Of a DNA stretch of 64,000 bases, positions 43,779 to 54,476 are shown piece after piece (positions within the stretch are counted from its first letter, which is position 1; each line of letters begins with the position of its first letter). The position numbers were made by a program, and so were the translations under genes. Below the pieces are notes generated by a model. That model made no database searches. It saw only the letters and a program-made list of their open reading frames with translations, and had not been told where the DNA came from. Source of the DNA: a virus. The stretch spans positions 25,353 to 89,352 of IMG/VR virus record IMGVR_UViG_3300029922_000038, one strand, 5' to 3'.

Positions 43779-45080
43779 CTACAAATTATAATTTAATTCA
43801 CATTCACATCCTCTTTCCTTACTCCATAAGTAAGCTTCTGCTGATCTTATAGAACCTACATAACCATGTTGCACATGCCAATCATCAGCAGCACATAAGG
43901 AAGGAATAACTCTAATTCTAACCCCTTTATGTTCAGATATATCTTTAAATTGAATAGATTGTTTAGTATGAAGATGTCCAATGTGTACTTCTCTATATTT
44001 AGTATTAGCCCACATTTCTTTTTCTTCTGTAGCCATAAGAAGTGGTAAATCAGCTATCTTTTCTTCTGAACCATGTGTAAAAAGTAACATATTCTGCCCA
44101 TATTGATGATATTTCCTAAGTTTAGGACTATTATCAATAAATACATCTTTACAATTAGAAAACCAACCTTCTAAAGCTTCTCCAAGATAAAAACATCTTT
44201 CTCTATCATGATTACCAGGAACTATTTTAACAACTACTGGGGCTATAACCATGAGTTTTTCAATAGCTTCTACACACATCTGTCTTGCTATCCTGAACAT
44301 CTTATGATAACGAGTATCAGTAGTTACAGCAGTACCAGAAGTAGTAGTATCATTACCATTATCTGTATGAAGAATATCATTACCTATTGGAAATATAATT
44401 TGAGATATATTATATCCCTGAACCCTTTTAATAAATTCTTCTACTGTTTGAATAAAAAGAGAAGAGCTAATCTTACAGTCATAATTTTCTCCTGATTCTT
44501 CATCCCATGCGAGTTTACCAATATGTATATCTGGTATAGATACTTCTAAAAGATATGAATCTTTAGATTTACTATATTTAATAGGTTCATATTTAGGAGC
44601 ATAATTCTTAGAATCTTCAATAAGTTGCTTTTTAAGTTCTTCATAATCAAAAGCAACCTTATTTTTCTTTAACCAAGCCTTTATCTGATAAAGTTCTTCT
44701 GTTATTATTTTACCATCTGGGGTTTTAGAACCTACTTCCCACTTATTAATAACATGTCTTTCTACTTCCCATATTTTAGTATCTACTTTTGATTTCTCTA
44801 ATAATTGTTCAAGAGTAAATATTCTACCATTAGATTCAAGTTCTACATTATCCCCTTTTTGAGCATAATTAACTTTATCTTTTGGTTTTGTGTTATCTGT
44901 AATTTTCATATTATCATTTTTATGGTGTTTAGCGATGATTCTTCTTGCAAATATTCTTGCCCTTTCATCACTCCAATCATGTAGTTTATATTCTTCTTTA
45001 ATAGTTCTTCCAATATCTGCTTTAGATAGAGTTCCTTCATTAAAGAGTCCTATTACTCTTTCTTTAATATTTAATATCAT
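43779..45080 (-). CDS. Calcineurin-like metallophosphoesterase with N-terminal extension
   Basis: DIHIG, GND, GNHD, THG and GHLH motifs. Confidence 0.88.
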   Translation of the reverse strand: MILNIKERVIGLFNEGTLSKADIGRTIKEEYKLHDWSDERARIFARRIIAKHHKNDNMKITDNTKPKDKVNYAQKGDNVELESNGRIFTLEQLLEKSKVDTKIWEVERHVINKWEVGSKTPDGKIITEELYQIKAWLKKNKVAFDYEELKKQLIEDSKNYAPKYEPIKYSKSKDSYLLEVSIPDIHIGKLAWDEESGENYDCKISSSLFIQTVEEFIKRVQGYNISQIIFPIGNDILHTDNGNDTTTSGTAVTTDTRYHKMFRIARQMCVEAIEKLMVIAPVVVKIVPGNHDRERCFYLGEALEGWFSNCKDVFIDNSPKLRKYHQYGQNMLLFTHGSEEKIADLPLLMATEEKEMWANTKYREVHIGHLHTKQSIQFKDISEHKGVRIRVIPSLCAADDWHVQHGYVGSIRSAEAYLWSKERGCECELNYNL

Positions 45081-45089
45081 ATTTTAAAA

Positions 45090-45416
45090 TTAAGAATTTT
45101 GATTATTATCTTTACAATCATCATCAGAAACTACAGGATGTAGTTCTCCTTTTGCATCTTGCCCTTTTCTATAACCTAAAAGACCAGCACATATACTTGC
45201 AAAAGTAAGCGTATATAACATAATATCAGGGGTTTTAGAGCCCCATATCTTATCATATACACCAAATATAAATGAAATACCTATTATAAATCCCCAAAAT
45301 ACTCCTATTGTACCAGAACCAGATGTTTTACCAGTTGAAGAATTAGAAGTTGCTTGTGCAAGAGAGAACTTATTACTATTTTGTAGAATTTTGTCCAGTG
45401 AAATCTGCTGTATCAT
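45090..45416 (-). CDS. Holin-like two-TM protein
   Basis: SNSSTGKTSGS followed by two TM helices and a charged C-terminus; near the endolysin. Confidence 0.55.
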   Translation of the reverse strand: MIQQISLDKILQNSNKFSLAQATSNSSTGKTSGSGTIGVFWGFIIGISFIFGVYDKIWGSKTPDIMLYTLTFASICAGLLGYRKGQDAKGELHPVVSDDDCKDNNQNS

Positions 45417-45726
45417 CGTCTTCTATAGTTTTAATTGTTTCTATAACAGGTACAGCTTCTTTGGTTTTTGAAAAAAATGTTTTATATAACTTTATCCAAT
45501 TTATAATTGCAGTTGCAAGAACAGTTATAAAAACAAGATAGATACTTATAATCCCTACAGTACTTCTAAGCGAAGGCTCTTTACTTAGAAACCAAGAAGT
45601 CACCCCACTTATACTCATAATAGGAAGAGAGTTCTTTTTTACTGTATTTGAGAGGTTAATAAATGAATCTTGAACTATTAAACCAAAAAGCAAAACAAAG
45701 TTAAACATATTTTTTATAATCCCCAA
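45376..45726 (-). CDS. Membrane protein (holin/antiholin candidate)
   Basis: Hydrophobic segments, acidic tail. Confidence 0.45.
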   Translation of the reverse strand: MGIIKNMFNFVLLFGLIVQDSFINLSNTVKKNSLPIMSISGVTSWFLSKEPSLRSTVGIISIYLVFITVLATAIINWIKLYKTFFSKTKEAVPVIETIKTIEDDDTADFTGQNSTK

Positions 45727-46688
45727 GAATATTTAATAATAAAATTTAATCCATAAAAAGGGGGAACTATTGCAAGGGTAGTTGAACCACCTGATTGAAC
45801 ACCCCCTGAAGAAATAGTATGTGTATGAGAACCAGCATCTGACATAGTCCCTGAAAAAGTATGGGTATGGTCAGACACTACCACCCCTGTAAAAGTTCCA
45901 GTTGGGGTTGTGCCTCCAGCAGAAGCATTTGTTCCAACAGCAGTACTTATACTTGTTACAGTTGGTGTTACTACAGATGTAACCCCCTCTGTAGTATTTA
46001 TACTAATACTTGGAACTACTAAAGTATCCGAGTTAGGGGTTCCTGTAAAACTATGGGTATGGTCTGAAATAGCATTCATTGTAATACTACCAGAGGGGGT
46101 AAATCCACCAGCCGCCCCCGTAGTTCCAGATACTGTACCATGATTATGTGCAGCTACTGTAGTAAGAACTATATTATTGGTATGTGTATGAGAACTATCT
46201 ACTGTTGCGGCCCCACCTTGTTGATTAAGTGTAGTAGCTATACTTGCAGCAGATAAACCTACAGGGAAAGTATTTCTTAAATCAGGTAAAGCTATAATAT
46301 ATAATCCTGCCCAAGCAGTAGCTGCTGAAACAGGGGAAGATGAAAAATTAATAGGGTTAGAAGAAGCATCATAAGCTGTAAGAGCAGTTGCAGGAGAAAC
46401 TACACACGCATTCCAAAGTAAAGTAAAAAGTCTTACATATTGAACATTTGAACTATCTGCTGCTGAACTTGTATTACCTATAGTAGAACCATTTGTAAGA
46501 AGCCACCCAGAGGGAGAAGAAGTACCATAATAAGGTACAATTGCCCCTGTTGGTATAACATCATAACTACGTTGAAGTAAACCTATCCAATTAGTATCTA
46601 CTTGAGCATCTGTTAATGTAGTTGCTTCATTTGGAAGTGTTTCATACCCAGAATAAGATTGTTGTCTTAAAACTACTGCTGTTGTCAT
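45714..46688 (-). CDS. Tail collar domain protein / short fibre
   Basis: IPTGAIVPYYG..SPSGWLLTNG, LPDLR, HxH repeats, PPFYGLNFIIK. Confidence 0.85.
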   Translation of the reverse strand: MTTAVVLRQQSYSGYETLPNEATTLTDAQVDTNWIGLLQRSYDVIPTGAIVPYYGTSSPSGWLLTNGSTIGNTSSAADSSNVQYVRLFTLLWNACVVSPATALTAYDASSNPINFSSSPVSAATAWAGLYIIALPDLRNTFPVGLSAASIATTLNQQGGAATVDSSHTHTNNIVLTTVAAHNHGTVSGTTGAAGGFTPSGSITMNAISDHTHSFTGTPNSDTLVVPSISINTTEGVTSVVTPTVTSISTAVGTNASAGGTTPTGTFTGVVVSDHTHTFSGTMSDAGSHTHTISSGGVQSGGSTTLAIVPPFYGLNFIIKYSWGL

Positions 46689-46689
46689 A

Positions 46690-47028
46690 TTAACTTACAT
46701 AACCAGTTGATGAATAATCAGGCATCCAGTAGGTAGTTGGTATTGTAACTGTTACTGGTGGAACACATCTACAAACCTCATTAATATAATTAATTATATT
46801 ATCTCTATCAGATATGGTTATATTATTATTTAAAGTTTCAGTTTGCTCTGCATCCTGATTCCATTTTTGTAATAGATATAAAAATAAATATAGTTTTCTT
46901 GATATTGTTTCTAAGTCAACATAACCTTTACCATATCCAATAAAATTATCAATATGTAAGATCTTTTTGCCTAAACAATAATATCCTTTATTTAATACAG
47001 CATTTATTTCTAATTGACTATATATCAT
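46690..47028 (-). CDS. Hypothetical virion protein (tail hub region)
   Basis: 112-aa ORF in the structural operon. Confidence 0.5.
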   Translation of the reverse strand: MIYSQLEINAVLNKGYYCLGKKILHIDNFIGYGKGYVDLETISRKLYLFLYLLQKWNQDAEQTETLNNNITISDRDNIINYINEVCRCVPPVTVTIPTTYWMPDYSSTGYVS

Positions 47029-47563
47029 CCCAACAGAAATTACCAGTTGTATAATTAGTTAAAGTGTTAATTACTTGTTGAGCATCTACTAAAGCTCCAT
47101 AACTAACTAACAGATAAGCCCCCTGTAATTGAAGCCACATTGAAAATACCTCATTTACTCTTTCTTCTTCTACTATAGTATCATTATCTGCCCATCTGGT
47201 GGATAATCTTGCTATAATTGGGTCTAATGTTTGTTTTAAAGTATAATCTACAATAGTATCAAGTTCTAAAGAAGTATAAACATTTGTTGCATCTCCTGTT
47301 TGATGTATTCTTATTTCCATTTTATATACACCATCCCCAAGAGTAGAACCAGTAAAACCTAATTGTGAAGGTAATACTGTTTGCGGTATATTAGAAACAA
47401 GCCCTGTAAGTTGTATTGTGTATAGGATACCAGAAGGAGGGGTTATTAATACTTCATAATATGAAATACTAAACCCACTAAAATCAAATGTATCACTAAA
47501 AACAAAACTTGCCGCAAGAGGACTAACTACAACAGTAGTAGTTGCTGTAAAAGGTGTACTCAT
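47018..47563 (-). CDS. Hypothetical virion protein (tail hub-like)
   Basis: 181 aa; beta region with DGVY followed by a helical C-terminus. Confidence 0.5.
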   Translation of the reverse strand: MSTPFTATTTVVVSPLAASFVFSDTFDFSGFSISYYEVLITPPSGILYTIQLTGLVSNIPQTVLPSQLGFTGSTLGDGVYKMEIRIHQTGDATNVYTSLELDTIVDYTLKQTLDPIIARLSTRWADNDTIVEEERVNEVFSMWLQLQGAYLLVSYGALVDAQQVINTLTNYTTGNFCWDDI

Positions 47564-47566
47564 AAT

Positions 47567-47597
47567 AAAAGAAAGAAGGGGTTTTTACACCCCTTCT
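47567..47597 (-). terminator. Intrinsic terminator after the auxiliary capsid gene
   Basis: On the - strand AGAAGGGGT-GTAAAA-ACCCCTTCT followed by TTCTTTT. Confidence 0.8.
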
Positions 47598-47613
47598 CTA
47601 TATTAATTAATTA

Positions 47614-48960
47614 TTAGCTAAGAGCAGCAGCAGGATAAGGAACTGGAAGAGAAGCAGTCCAAGTATTCAAATATGTAGTAAAGGTAGAAGCGTATTCAGA
47701 TACATTTGCAACAGGTACAGCAATATTCAAAGTTTTTTGAAATTTATTTTCATCTCCATTAGAAGGATTAGCTCCTTCAAATATTTTATTCCAAGTAATT
47801 GTAAGAATAGCATAAGTTTCACCACTTACAGTATAAGTAGGTGGGGGATCAGGGAAAGTAGCACCTGGTTTATAGATACTCCTTGAGAAGTACGCTTTTT
47901 GTTCCAAATCCCTAACTTCACTTGAACTACCAGAACCTACAGTTGGAAGAGTAGTATATGATTTATATACACCTTGAAGAGTATCTTGCAGTGCAATTTC
48001 TACTTTATATCCAAGATAAGTTACTGTACCTTGTACGCCATAAACAGTAGGATTAGCAGAGTTATAGAATTTAAAGTTAGATGCAGCAGCAGTACTAAGA
48101 GTTGCCCCTACATATGGTCTATCAAGAGTAATACCAAGTGTAATTGCTCCTGTTGCCCCAATTGCAGCAATTGCATAAGTTGTACCAGCTATATTAATAA
48201 GATCTCCTACTGCAAAATTTACAGAACTTACAGTAGAACCAGCAAGAGTAAAAGTTAAAGCAGTAGAACCTTGTGCAATACTACCTGTTACTGCTTCAGC
48301 ACCTGTAGCATTTACTATAATACTTTTATTTGTTCCAGAAGAAGCAGAAGTTACAGTAGTAGCAGTACCATTGCCTATAATATCAGCAGTTGCAATCCAG
48401 CCAAAGGTTGAAAGATCTGCTGCATTTTTAGTATTCATATCCTGTACCATTTGAGAAGCAATACTATATTGCGTAGCCCCAGTTGCAGGAGAAGTGATTA
48501 CAGAGTTTTTCCTAATAAAATAAGGATCATATTGCTTGGTTATATTTACAAGGGTTGTGGTATAATCAGCACTTGCTGTTACTGGAATACCAGAGCCAGA
48601 AGTACCATCATACCCAATATTAAATACCATTGCATTTGGTGCAAGATATGCTTTACCAGTGTAAACTTTTACATCTTGTCCTTCTACTTGAACACTAATT
48701 GGGTTAGTAGTTGGATTAGATGTTTGTGGTACACCTTGTACAAACAAGATTTTCTTGTAAGCAGGATAAGTAAAAGTACCAGGAGTTCCTGATTTTACCA
48801 ATTCCCAATCATTATTTGTTTCATTAAAGTAAAACATAGCAATCGCACCAGATGCTACATTTACAGGAGTTGTGGCAGTTTCAACTGATGCAGAACCTAC
48901 AGAGGCTGCATAATTTACACCATTGAGAGCTACCATTAGAGAGCGTTGTGCTGTACTCAT
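47614..48960 (-). CDS. Auxiliary capsid / decoration protein
   Basis: 448 aa, A/T/G-rich; C-terminal GSG..EVRDLE..Y..L.I.W..IAVP; has its own upstream intergenic gap and terminator, suggesting high expression. Confidence 0.55.
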   Translation of the reverse strand: MSTAQRSLMVALNGVNYAASVGSASVETATTPVNVASGAIAMFYFNETNNDWELVKSGTPGTFTYPAYKKILFVQGVPQTSNPTTNPISVQVEGQDVKVYTGKAYLAPNAMVFNIGYDGTSGSGIPVTASADYTTTLVNITKQYDPYFIRKNSVITSPATGATQYSIASQMVQDMNTKNAADLSTFGWIATADIIGNGTATTVTSASSGTNKSIIVNATGAEAVTGSIAQGSTALTFTLAGSTVSSVNFAVGDLINIAGTTYAIAAIGATGAITLGITLDRPYVGATLSTAAASNFKFYNSANPTVYGVQGTVTYLGYKVEIALQDTLQGVYKSYTTLPTVGSGSSSEVRDLEQKAYFSRSIYKPGATFPDPPPTYTVSGETYAILTITWNKIFEGANPSNGDENKFQKTLNIAVPVANVSEYASTFTTYLNTWTASLPVPYPAAALS

Positions 48961-49092
48961 TTAATTTTCTTTGTTTTATTTGTTAATAGAAATTTATAGA
49001 CTAATTTATATACTACAATAATAATAAAATTATTGTTTATATTCTAATATTGTTATTTTTAATAGTTGTTATATTTATATAACATATTCTTA

Positions 49093-49689
49093 TTATACTG
49101 TTACTATTCTATATGCAACTCTTACTTTAAAAGAACCAAGCCCTGCTGTTGGATTTGAAGCAGAATATAACCATAATCCTTGATTAGCAGCACTTGCAAC
49201 AATACCTGCCCCAAGACTATTTCTAAGAATAGTGCCACTTGCACTACCACTAAAATCTGCTGAAGCAAATGTTAATATTGCATTTACTCCACCATTATCA
49301 TAAGCTAAAACAATAGTATCTGTTATAGTATAAGCAGATGTTAAATAATTATAATCAATAATACAACTTATAATATCATATTCAAATGCTGCACCCGCAA
49401 GAGGTAATAGGGATATTGGTACGGAATGTATTGTTTGAAATGCTGCTGAACTTACTACAAAATCTATATGTTTAATATCATCCACTATTGGAGTATAATA
49501 AGTATCTGCAAGAGCTTTAGTTAAATCCCCAATTCCATTATTAATATAAGAGATTATAGTACTAAGTAAAGTTACTTTCTTTAAACCTTGTTGTTCTATT
49601 ACTACTGCTTCTGTACCATCAATTGAAGTTGCTTGTGTAGCATTACTTGTTAATTGAAATAGTGTTGTTTTATCTTTATCTGTTGCCAT
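49093..49689 (-). CDS. Putative head fibre / decoration protein
   Basis: 198 aa; N-terminal LT..AT.IDGTE.VVIEQ fibre-anchor-like motif, beta-rich C-terminus. Confidence 0.45.
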   Translation of the reverse strand: MATDKDKTTLFQLTSNATQATSIDGTEAVVIEQQGLKKVTLLSTIISYINNGIGDLTKALADTYYTPIVDDIKHIDFVVSSAAFQTIHSVPISLLPLAGAAFEYDIISCIIDYNYLTSAYTITDTIVLAYDNGGVNAILTFASADFSGSASGTILRNSLGAGIVASAANQGLWLYSASNPTAGLGSFKVRVAYRIVTV

Positions 49690-50759
49690 TATTCTGATTT
49701 ATTTGATTCATTTTGTGCAGCTTGATATTCTTGAGGGGAAGATTGTATTACTTCATTTAAGTGTGCAACTAATTGTGCTATAATTTCATACACACAATGA
49801 TCTGCAAGTTCACAATCTACTTGAAGCCCTAAAGATACCTGATTTGGTTGCCTTATATAAGTAAGATATAGTTTTTCAACTATAAAATCATTATAACAAT
49901 ATACAGAAATATACCTACCACTTCTTGTAATAAGAGGTTCTTCTGCTGTAGGTCTTTCTGTTGTTTCTGATAATAGTTCTTTAATATACATTTGCTGGGT
50001 TTCAATACCAGCAGGATAAGAATAAGAACCACCAGATGTACCAGTTAAGTATGTATTTGTAACTGTACTAAAAGTAGGAACAATAAAAGTAGAATTATCC
50101 CAGGAATATTTTATAGATAATACTCCAGAATTTGCTTTTACTACTATTAATTGATTAGGATAATAAACACCTCCATAATTTTCCCAATAAATAGAGTATC
50201 CAGTTATAGGGGTAAGTTTAAGAATTGCATATATAAAATTCAGATAATTATCTGGATATAAATATAAGGAAGGAGAATTTGTAAGAGTAGAAGTATCTAT
50301 AATATTTGAACTACCACTTGTCTGTAACCTGAAATTAGATAAATTTACTTGGCTACCAGCATTAAAGGGTATAGTAGCAATTATAGAACTAAGAGTATTA
50401 GTTGTACTAACTAAAGAAGTAGTATAGGAAGTAGCCCCATATATCTTTAAAGAAGAATTTCCATAATACATATAATTATTAGGAACAGCAAAAAGATATT
50501 TATTTGGGAAATTAGAAAGATAAGCAGTATCTACATAATCTTCTATAAGTAGATTTGAAAGGTCTTCTTTTCTTTTATTAGATTGTTCAAATCCTTCTTT
50601 CTTAGAATTACCTTTATTATCATATCTTGTAGAAATATACTTTGATTGTTCTTGATTAAAGAAAACATCAATTTCTTCATCAAGAAAATCATCATAAAGG
50701 TTAGAGTTAATTTTATTTAACTCCAACCTTATGAGATTATGTATAGTTGCTATCTTCAC
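49689..50759 (-). CDS. Head-tail adaptor / ring protein
   Basis: LDEEIDVFFN, GFEQS.KR.EDL, YIRQP and CEL.DH...EI match the conserved crAss-like ring gene downstream of the MCP. Confidence 0.7.
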   Translation of the reverse strand: MKIATIHNLIRLELNKINSNLYDDFLDEEIDVFFNQEQSKYISTRYDNKGNSKKEGFEQSNKRKEDLSNLLIEDYVDTAYLSNFPNKYLFAVPNNYMYYGNSSLKIYGATSYTTSLVSTTNTLSSIIATIPFNAGSQVNLSNFRLQTSGSSNIIDTSTLTNSPSLYLYPDNYLNFIYAILKLTPITGYSIYWENYGGVYYPNQLIVVKANSGVLSIKYSWDNSTFIVPTFSTVTNTYLTGTSGGSYSYPAGIETQQMYIKELLSETTERPTAEEPLITRSGRYISVYCYNDFIVEKLYLTYIRQPNQVSLGLQVDCELADHCVYEIIAQLVAHLNEVIQSSPQEYQAAQNESNKSE

Positions 50760-50766
50760 TTATTAA

Positions 50767-51654
50767 CTATTTTACAGTCAATAGTGATTCTAATTTTGCT
50801 TTCATGTGTAGATATTTCTTAGAGTTAGCAGCAGCTTTAACAAAACCAACTACTTGTTCTACTGATTTACCTACTTCTTCACCACCAAATTGATAACTAT
50901 TTCCAACTGTCTCTATAACACCAGCATCTATAAGTTCATAAACTTCTGCTTTAGTTTCAAGAGTTTTATCTGAAGCAGTTTCTATAAACAAAGAAGGTTC
51001 TTTGATTGCAATATCTGCAAGCATAGTTTGCCTTTGTGCTTCACTCATAGAATTATAATCTGCTTTTGGTACAATAGAAGTTTTATCATCCTTAGTTTTT
51101 CCTTTAAGAATAGTAAGAATAGATTTAACAACTGCTGGATTTTCAGATATAGAAGAGTATTCAGCGATTGCTTTTACCTTCTGTTTAGCTTTTTCATTAT
51201 CTTTTTCAATGGTAACTTCTTCATCAAAGAGATACATAATAGCTGTATTAGAACTATTAAATCCTTCAATTGAATCTACACAAGCTGAATATCCACTACA
51301 ATATTTCCAAAGAATGTAATCTTCAACTACTTTAGGAAGGTTCTTAACATCAAGTGGTTTAGAATCATCCTCTAAAGATACATTAAGTTTAATACCACCA
51401 AGGGGCACATGTTTGTGCATCCTAATAAAGTAATCATTAGACTCTTTTGTAAAAGTTACATCTTCAACAGGTACACCTATAATAAAAGGCATTAAAAGCC
51501 TCTCTTCAATAAAAGAGAGACCTTTATATACTGCCCCAGATTCTGTTAATGAACCACCAATATTGTATTTATCTTCCGCAGCTATTGAGTTATCTTTAGC
51601 TACTTTCCCTCTTGTATAGGGTTTTCTTTTAACATAAATTATTTTATCTGACAT
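50767..51654 (-). CDS. Conserved crAss-like protein downstream of the MCP
   Basis: 295 aa; conserved position; YILWKYC, FIE...DK.LE.KA. Confidence 0.6.
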   Translation of the reverse strand: MSDKIIYVKRKPYTRGKVAKDNSIAAEDKYNIGGSLTESGAVYKGLSFIEERLLMPFIIGVPVEDVTFTKESNDYFIRMHKHVPLGGIKLNVSLEDDSKPLDVKNLPKVVEDYILWKYCSGYSACVDSIEGFNSSNTAIMYLFDEEVTIEKDNEKAKQKVKAIAEYSSISENPAVVKSILTILKGKTKDDKTSIVPKADYNSMSEAQRQTMLADIAIKEPSLFIETASDKTLETKAEVYELIDAGVIETVGNSYQFGGEEVGKSVEQVVGFVKAAANSKKYLHMKAKLESLLTVK

Positions 51655-51669
51655 AAATGTTTTTTAATA

Positions 51670-53097
51670 TTAAGACAAGGTACACTGCAAATCAATGCTT
51701 GTATTAGGTCTACGGATAACAACACCACAAGACTTCATATAGTGAATAGAGTGAGCATGTACATCTGAACTCCTGTTAGAAGTTGAAGGGAATCCTGGAG
51801 GAACTGAACCCACACCAAGAACTGCATCACGAGAGAATTGTATATTCTCATCATACAATCCCATGATATTAGGTGCTCCATCATAATGAGCAGTATCCAA
51901 GAAAGTCAACCTATGAGATTCAAGAGACAGACCAGTAATAGGGTGTTTAGGACTATTTACTGCTACAGGCCCAAAATCATTAAGGTCAGTTTTCTTAACT
52001 ACAATCTTATAACCATCCCGATGGTCATATGCAGCAAAGTAACCAGTAGACCTCAATTGATAACCAGCACCTTCAATGAAAGTTTTATCAGTAATAACTG
52101 TGAAACCAGAACCCAAGATACCAGCTTTGATGGCTTTATCAAAATCTTGTGCCCCACCTAAACCAGTCATAAGAGTGATAACCTTATTTTCAGCATCCTT
52201 CATACCGGTATAAGTATCCCTAACTACTTGGTCAATTTTAGATTCTGAAAGCAAACCAAAAGTATCCTTAGATCCAATTTGTGCAAACAAACCATCACCT
52301 TCTATAATAGGATTACCATTTTCATCATATTGATTATAGGTATTATCATCAGCCCTATTTGAAGTTGAATAGACAAGTGAGTTTTCAACTTCCATTTGCC
52401 ATTGTTTTTCAATCTGATATTGTTGAAAGGGCCAGAACAATTTAGAACCATTAAATTCAATGGTCATTGTTTTGTTAGCAACTGCACCTTCCCAAGCATA
52501 TGATTTCCTAAGTACACCAATCTGTCCACGAATTTTAGCAGGAGCAGTGATGTTAGAAGAGTTACCCCTTGAACCACCAGCAGCTACGTTAGCATAAAGA
52601 TTAGTGAAGAATGTACCTTGGGTCAATTCAGAAGCTGGTACAAAAGCATTAGGATTACCATTACCTGCAATTACTACAATATATTCCCAATTAGTCCCTA
52701 CAAGTTTAGGATCACCTACTACACGTAGTTTATATTTATTAGGAGATATAATTGTATAACCATTTGCAAAATGCTTTTCAGCAAATTGAATTTTAAATGA
52801 TTGATAGCCAATACCACAAGTAGTTCCAGTTGTAGTAACTGCAATTGGAATCTGTTTTACGATATTAGACATTACATCATATTCATAATCCTGACCTTTA
52901 AGTGGAGTCATTACTGCTCCAACACCTTCAGTCATCATTGTAATAGGGTTAAGGGATATATTATCCTTACCTAACATGAATGTAATTGCAGGGCCAATTT
53001 TAGTTGGTGCATCAAGATACATACGTGAAAAATCAGCGTTAGTAAATTTAGCATTTTCCTGCCACGGTTGTTCATAGACATATCTATTAGCTGCCAT
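51670..53097 (-). CDS. Major capsid protein
   Basis: 475 aa after portal and scaffold; GDGLFAQI, LMTGLGGA..F, HPITGLSLES; strongly biased codon use. Confidence 0.88.
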   Translation of the reverse strand: MAANRYVYEQPWQENAKFTNADFSRMYLDAPTKIGPAITFMLGKDNISLNPITMMTEGVGAVMTPLKGQDYEYDVMSNIVKQIPIAVTTTGTTCGIGYQSFKIQFAEKHFANGYTIISPNKYKLRVVGDPKLVGTNWEYIVVIAGNGNPNAFVPASELTQGTFFTNLYANVAAGGSRGNSSNITAPAKIRGQIGVLRKSYAWEGAVANKTMTIEFNGSKLFWPFQQYQIEKQWQMEVENSLVYSTSNRADDNTYNQYDENGNPIIEGDGLFAQIGSKDTFGLLSESKIDQVVRDTYTGMKDAENKVITLMTGLGGAQDFDKAIKAGILGSGFTVITDKTFIEGAGYQLRSTGYFAAYDHRDGYKIVVKKTDLNDFGPVAVNSPKHPITGLSLESHRLTFLDTAHYDGAPNIMGLYDENIQFSRDAVLGVGSVPPGFPSTSNRSSDVHAHSIHYMKSCGVVIRRPNTSIDLQCTLS

Positions 53098-53131
53098 AGT
53101 TTGTTATTGTTTTATTTTTGTTTTATTTTTT

Positions 53132-54301
53132 TTAAATATTGATTCCACTTGATTTCCTTAAATCATCAAACATTGTGTTTGGATTTATAATACTATCTTG
53201 AGTTCCTTTTGGTTGTGCTCCACTTTCAATCTTTTGTTGTCCTGCTGATTTAAAAGCTAATTTCTTAGTTTCCGCTACTTGTGTTTTAGCTACATTAGCT
53301 ACAAGTTTAGATATATCAAACTTATTCATCCTTAGATAGGCAAGAGTAATTCTTGTATCTACATCTTCAGTTCTCATATCTATTTGCTCTTGTGATAGTC
53401 CATCTTTAACAGGAACTGCCATATAAGTAAATACATTCTTTTTATCCTTAATCGGAATATTAAGATTTTTGATAGCTTCAGTACTTGAAAGTTTAGCATT
53501 TATAGCATTCCAATAATTGTCATTATCCTGTTTATCTTTAAGGGCAGCAGCTTTTTGTGAAGCCAATAATTGTTCTTTTTCTGTCTTTTGACCATCAGTA
53601 AGAACTTTTAATGACATCTTAGCTTGTGCTTCAAGTAATCCACCAGCTTCATATTGTTCAATGGCACTATTAATTTCAGCAGTTTTAAAACCCTGCTTCA
53701 TTAAATACTTTTGAATAATAACTCTCTGGTTAGCTTCATTATCTTTACCTTCAACAGTAACCTTTGAATAATCAAGTTCTTCCTGTGAAAGATTAAAGAG
53801 TTTTTCTTTATCTCCGCCAGCTTGAATGAAATCTGCATACTCACGAAGACCAGGAATAGAATCTAAATAAGCATTTACTTTATCAACTGCTTTTGCATCT
53901 GATATGGCATCTACTACATTATCAAGTCCTGCTTCTGATTCTTCAAATTGAACATCAGTATCAAATCCTTGCCTTTTAAGTAATCCACCTATAAGACCAA
54001 GTGCATCTGCATCTTCTTGTTCTTTTAATAGTCTTGCTGTTTCAGCATCTGCCGCATCTTTGGCAACTTTAGCTTCTTCTGCAATTTGTTCAGCAGTTTT
54101 ACCTTCATTTGCTTTAGCTAATTCATCAGCAGCAAGTTTATCGGCTTCTGCTTTTTGAGTAGCTTCATCGGCAATCCTTGCCTTTTCTGCTATTTGTTCT
54201 GGGGTTTCTACTACTATTGGGTTAATTGCATCTGGTGCATATTTTCCAAATCCTGCCTCCTTGGTTATATTATCAAGGACATCTAATTGATTTATTTCCA
54301 T
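53132..54301 (-). CDS. Capsid scaffolding protein
   Basis: Acidic, A/E/K-rich coiled coil between portal and MCP; ATG 54301 is preferred over TTG 54316. Confidence 0.7.
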   Translation of the reverse strand: MEINQLDVLDNITKEAGFGKYAPDAINPIVVETPEQIAEKARIADEATQKAEADKLAADELAKANEGKTAEQIAEEAKVAKDAADAETARLLKEQEDADALGLIGGLLKRQGFDTDVQFEESEAGLDNVVDAISDAKAVDKVNAYLDSIPGLREYADFIQAGGDKEKLFNLSQEELDYSKVTVEGKDNEANQRVIIQKYLMKQGFKTAEINSAIEQYEAGGLLEAQAKMSLKVLTDGQKTEKEQLLASQKAAALKDKQDNDNYWNAINAKLSSTEAIKNLNIPIKDKKNVFTYMAVPVKDGLSQEQIDMRTEDVDTRITLAYLRMNKFDISKLVANVAKTQVAETKKLAFKSAGQQKIESGAQPKGTQDSIINPNTMFDDLRKSSGINI

Positions 54302-54415
54302 AAATGTATTGTACAATAATAATTATTATATTTATCATATGTATCTATTATATATTCCTAACCTTTATGTTATTAATTTATATAGCATTTTTTAATATCA
54401 CTATTTTTAATATAA

Positions 54416-54447
54416 ACAAAAATAGCCAGTATTTCTACTGGCTATTT
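54416..54447 (-). terminator. Intrinsic terminator after the portal gene
   Basis: On the - strand AAATAGCCAGTA-GAAA-TACTGGCTATTTTT. Confidence 0.85.
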
Positions 54448-54476
54448 CCAAATATAAAAATGAAAGAAGAAAACCC

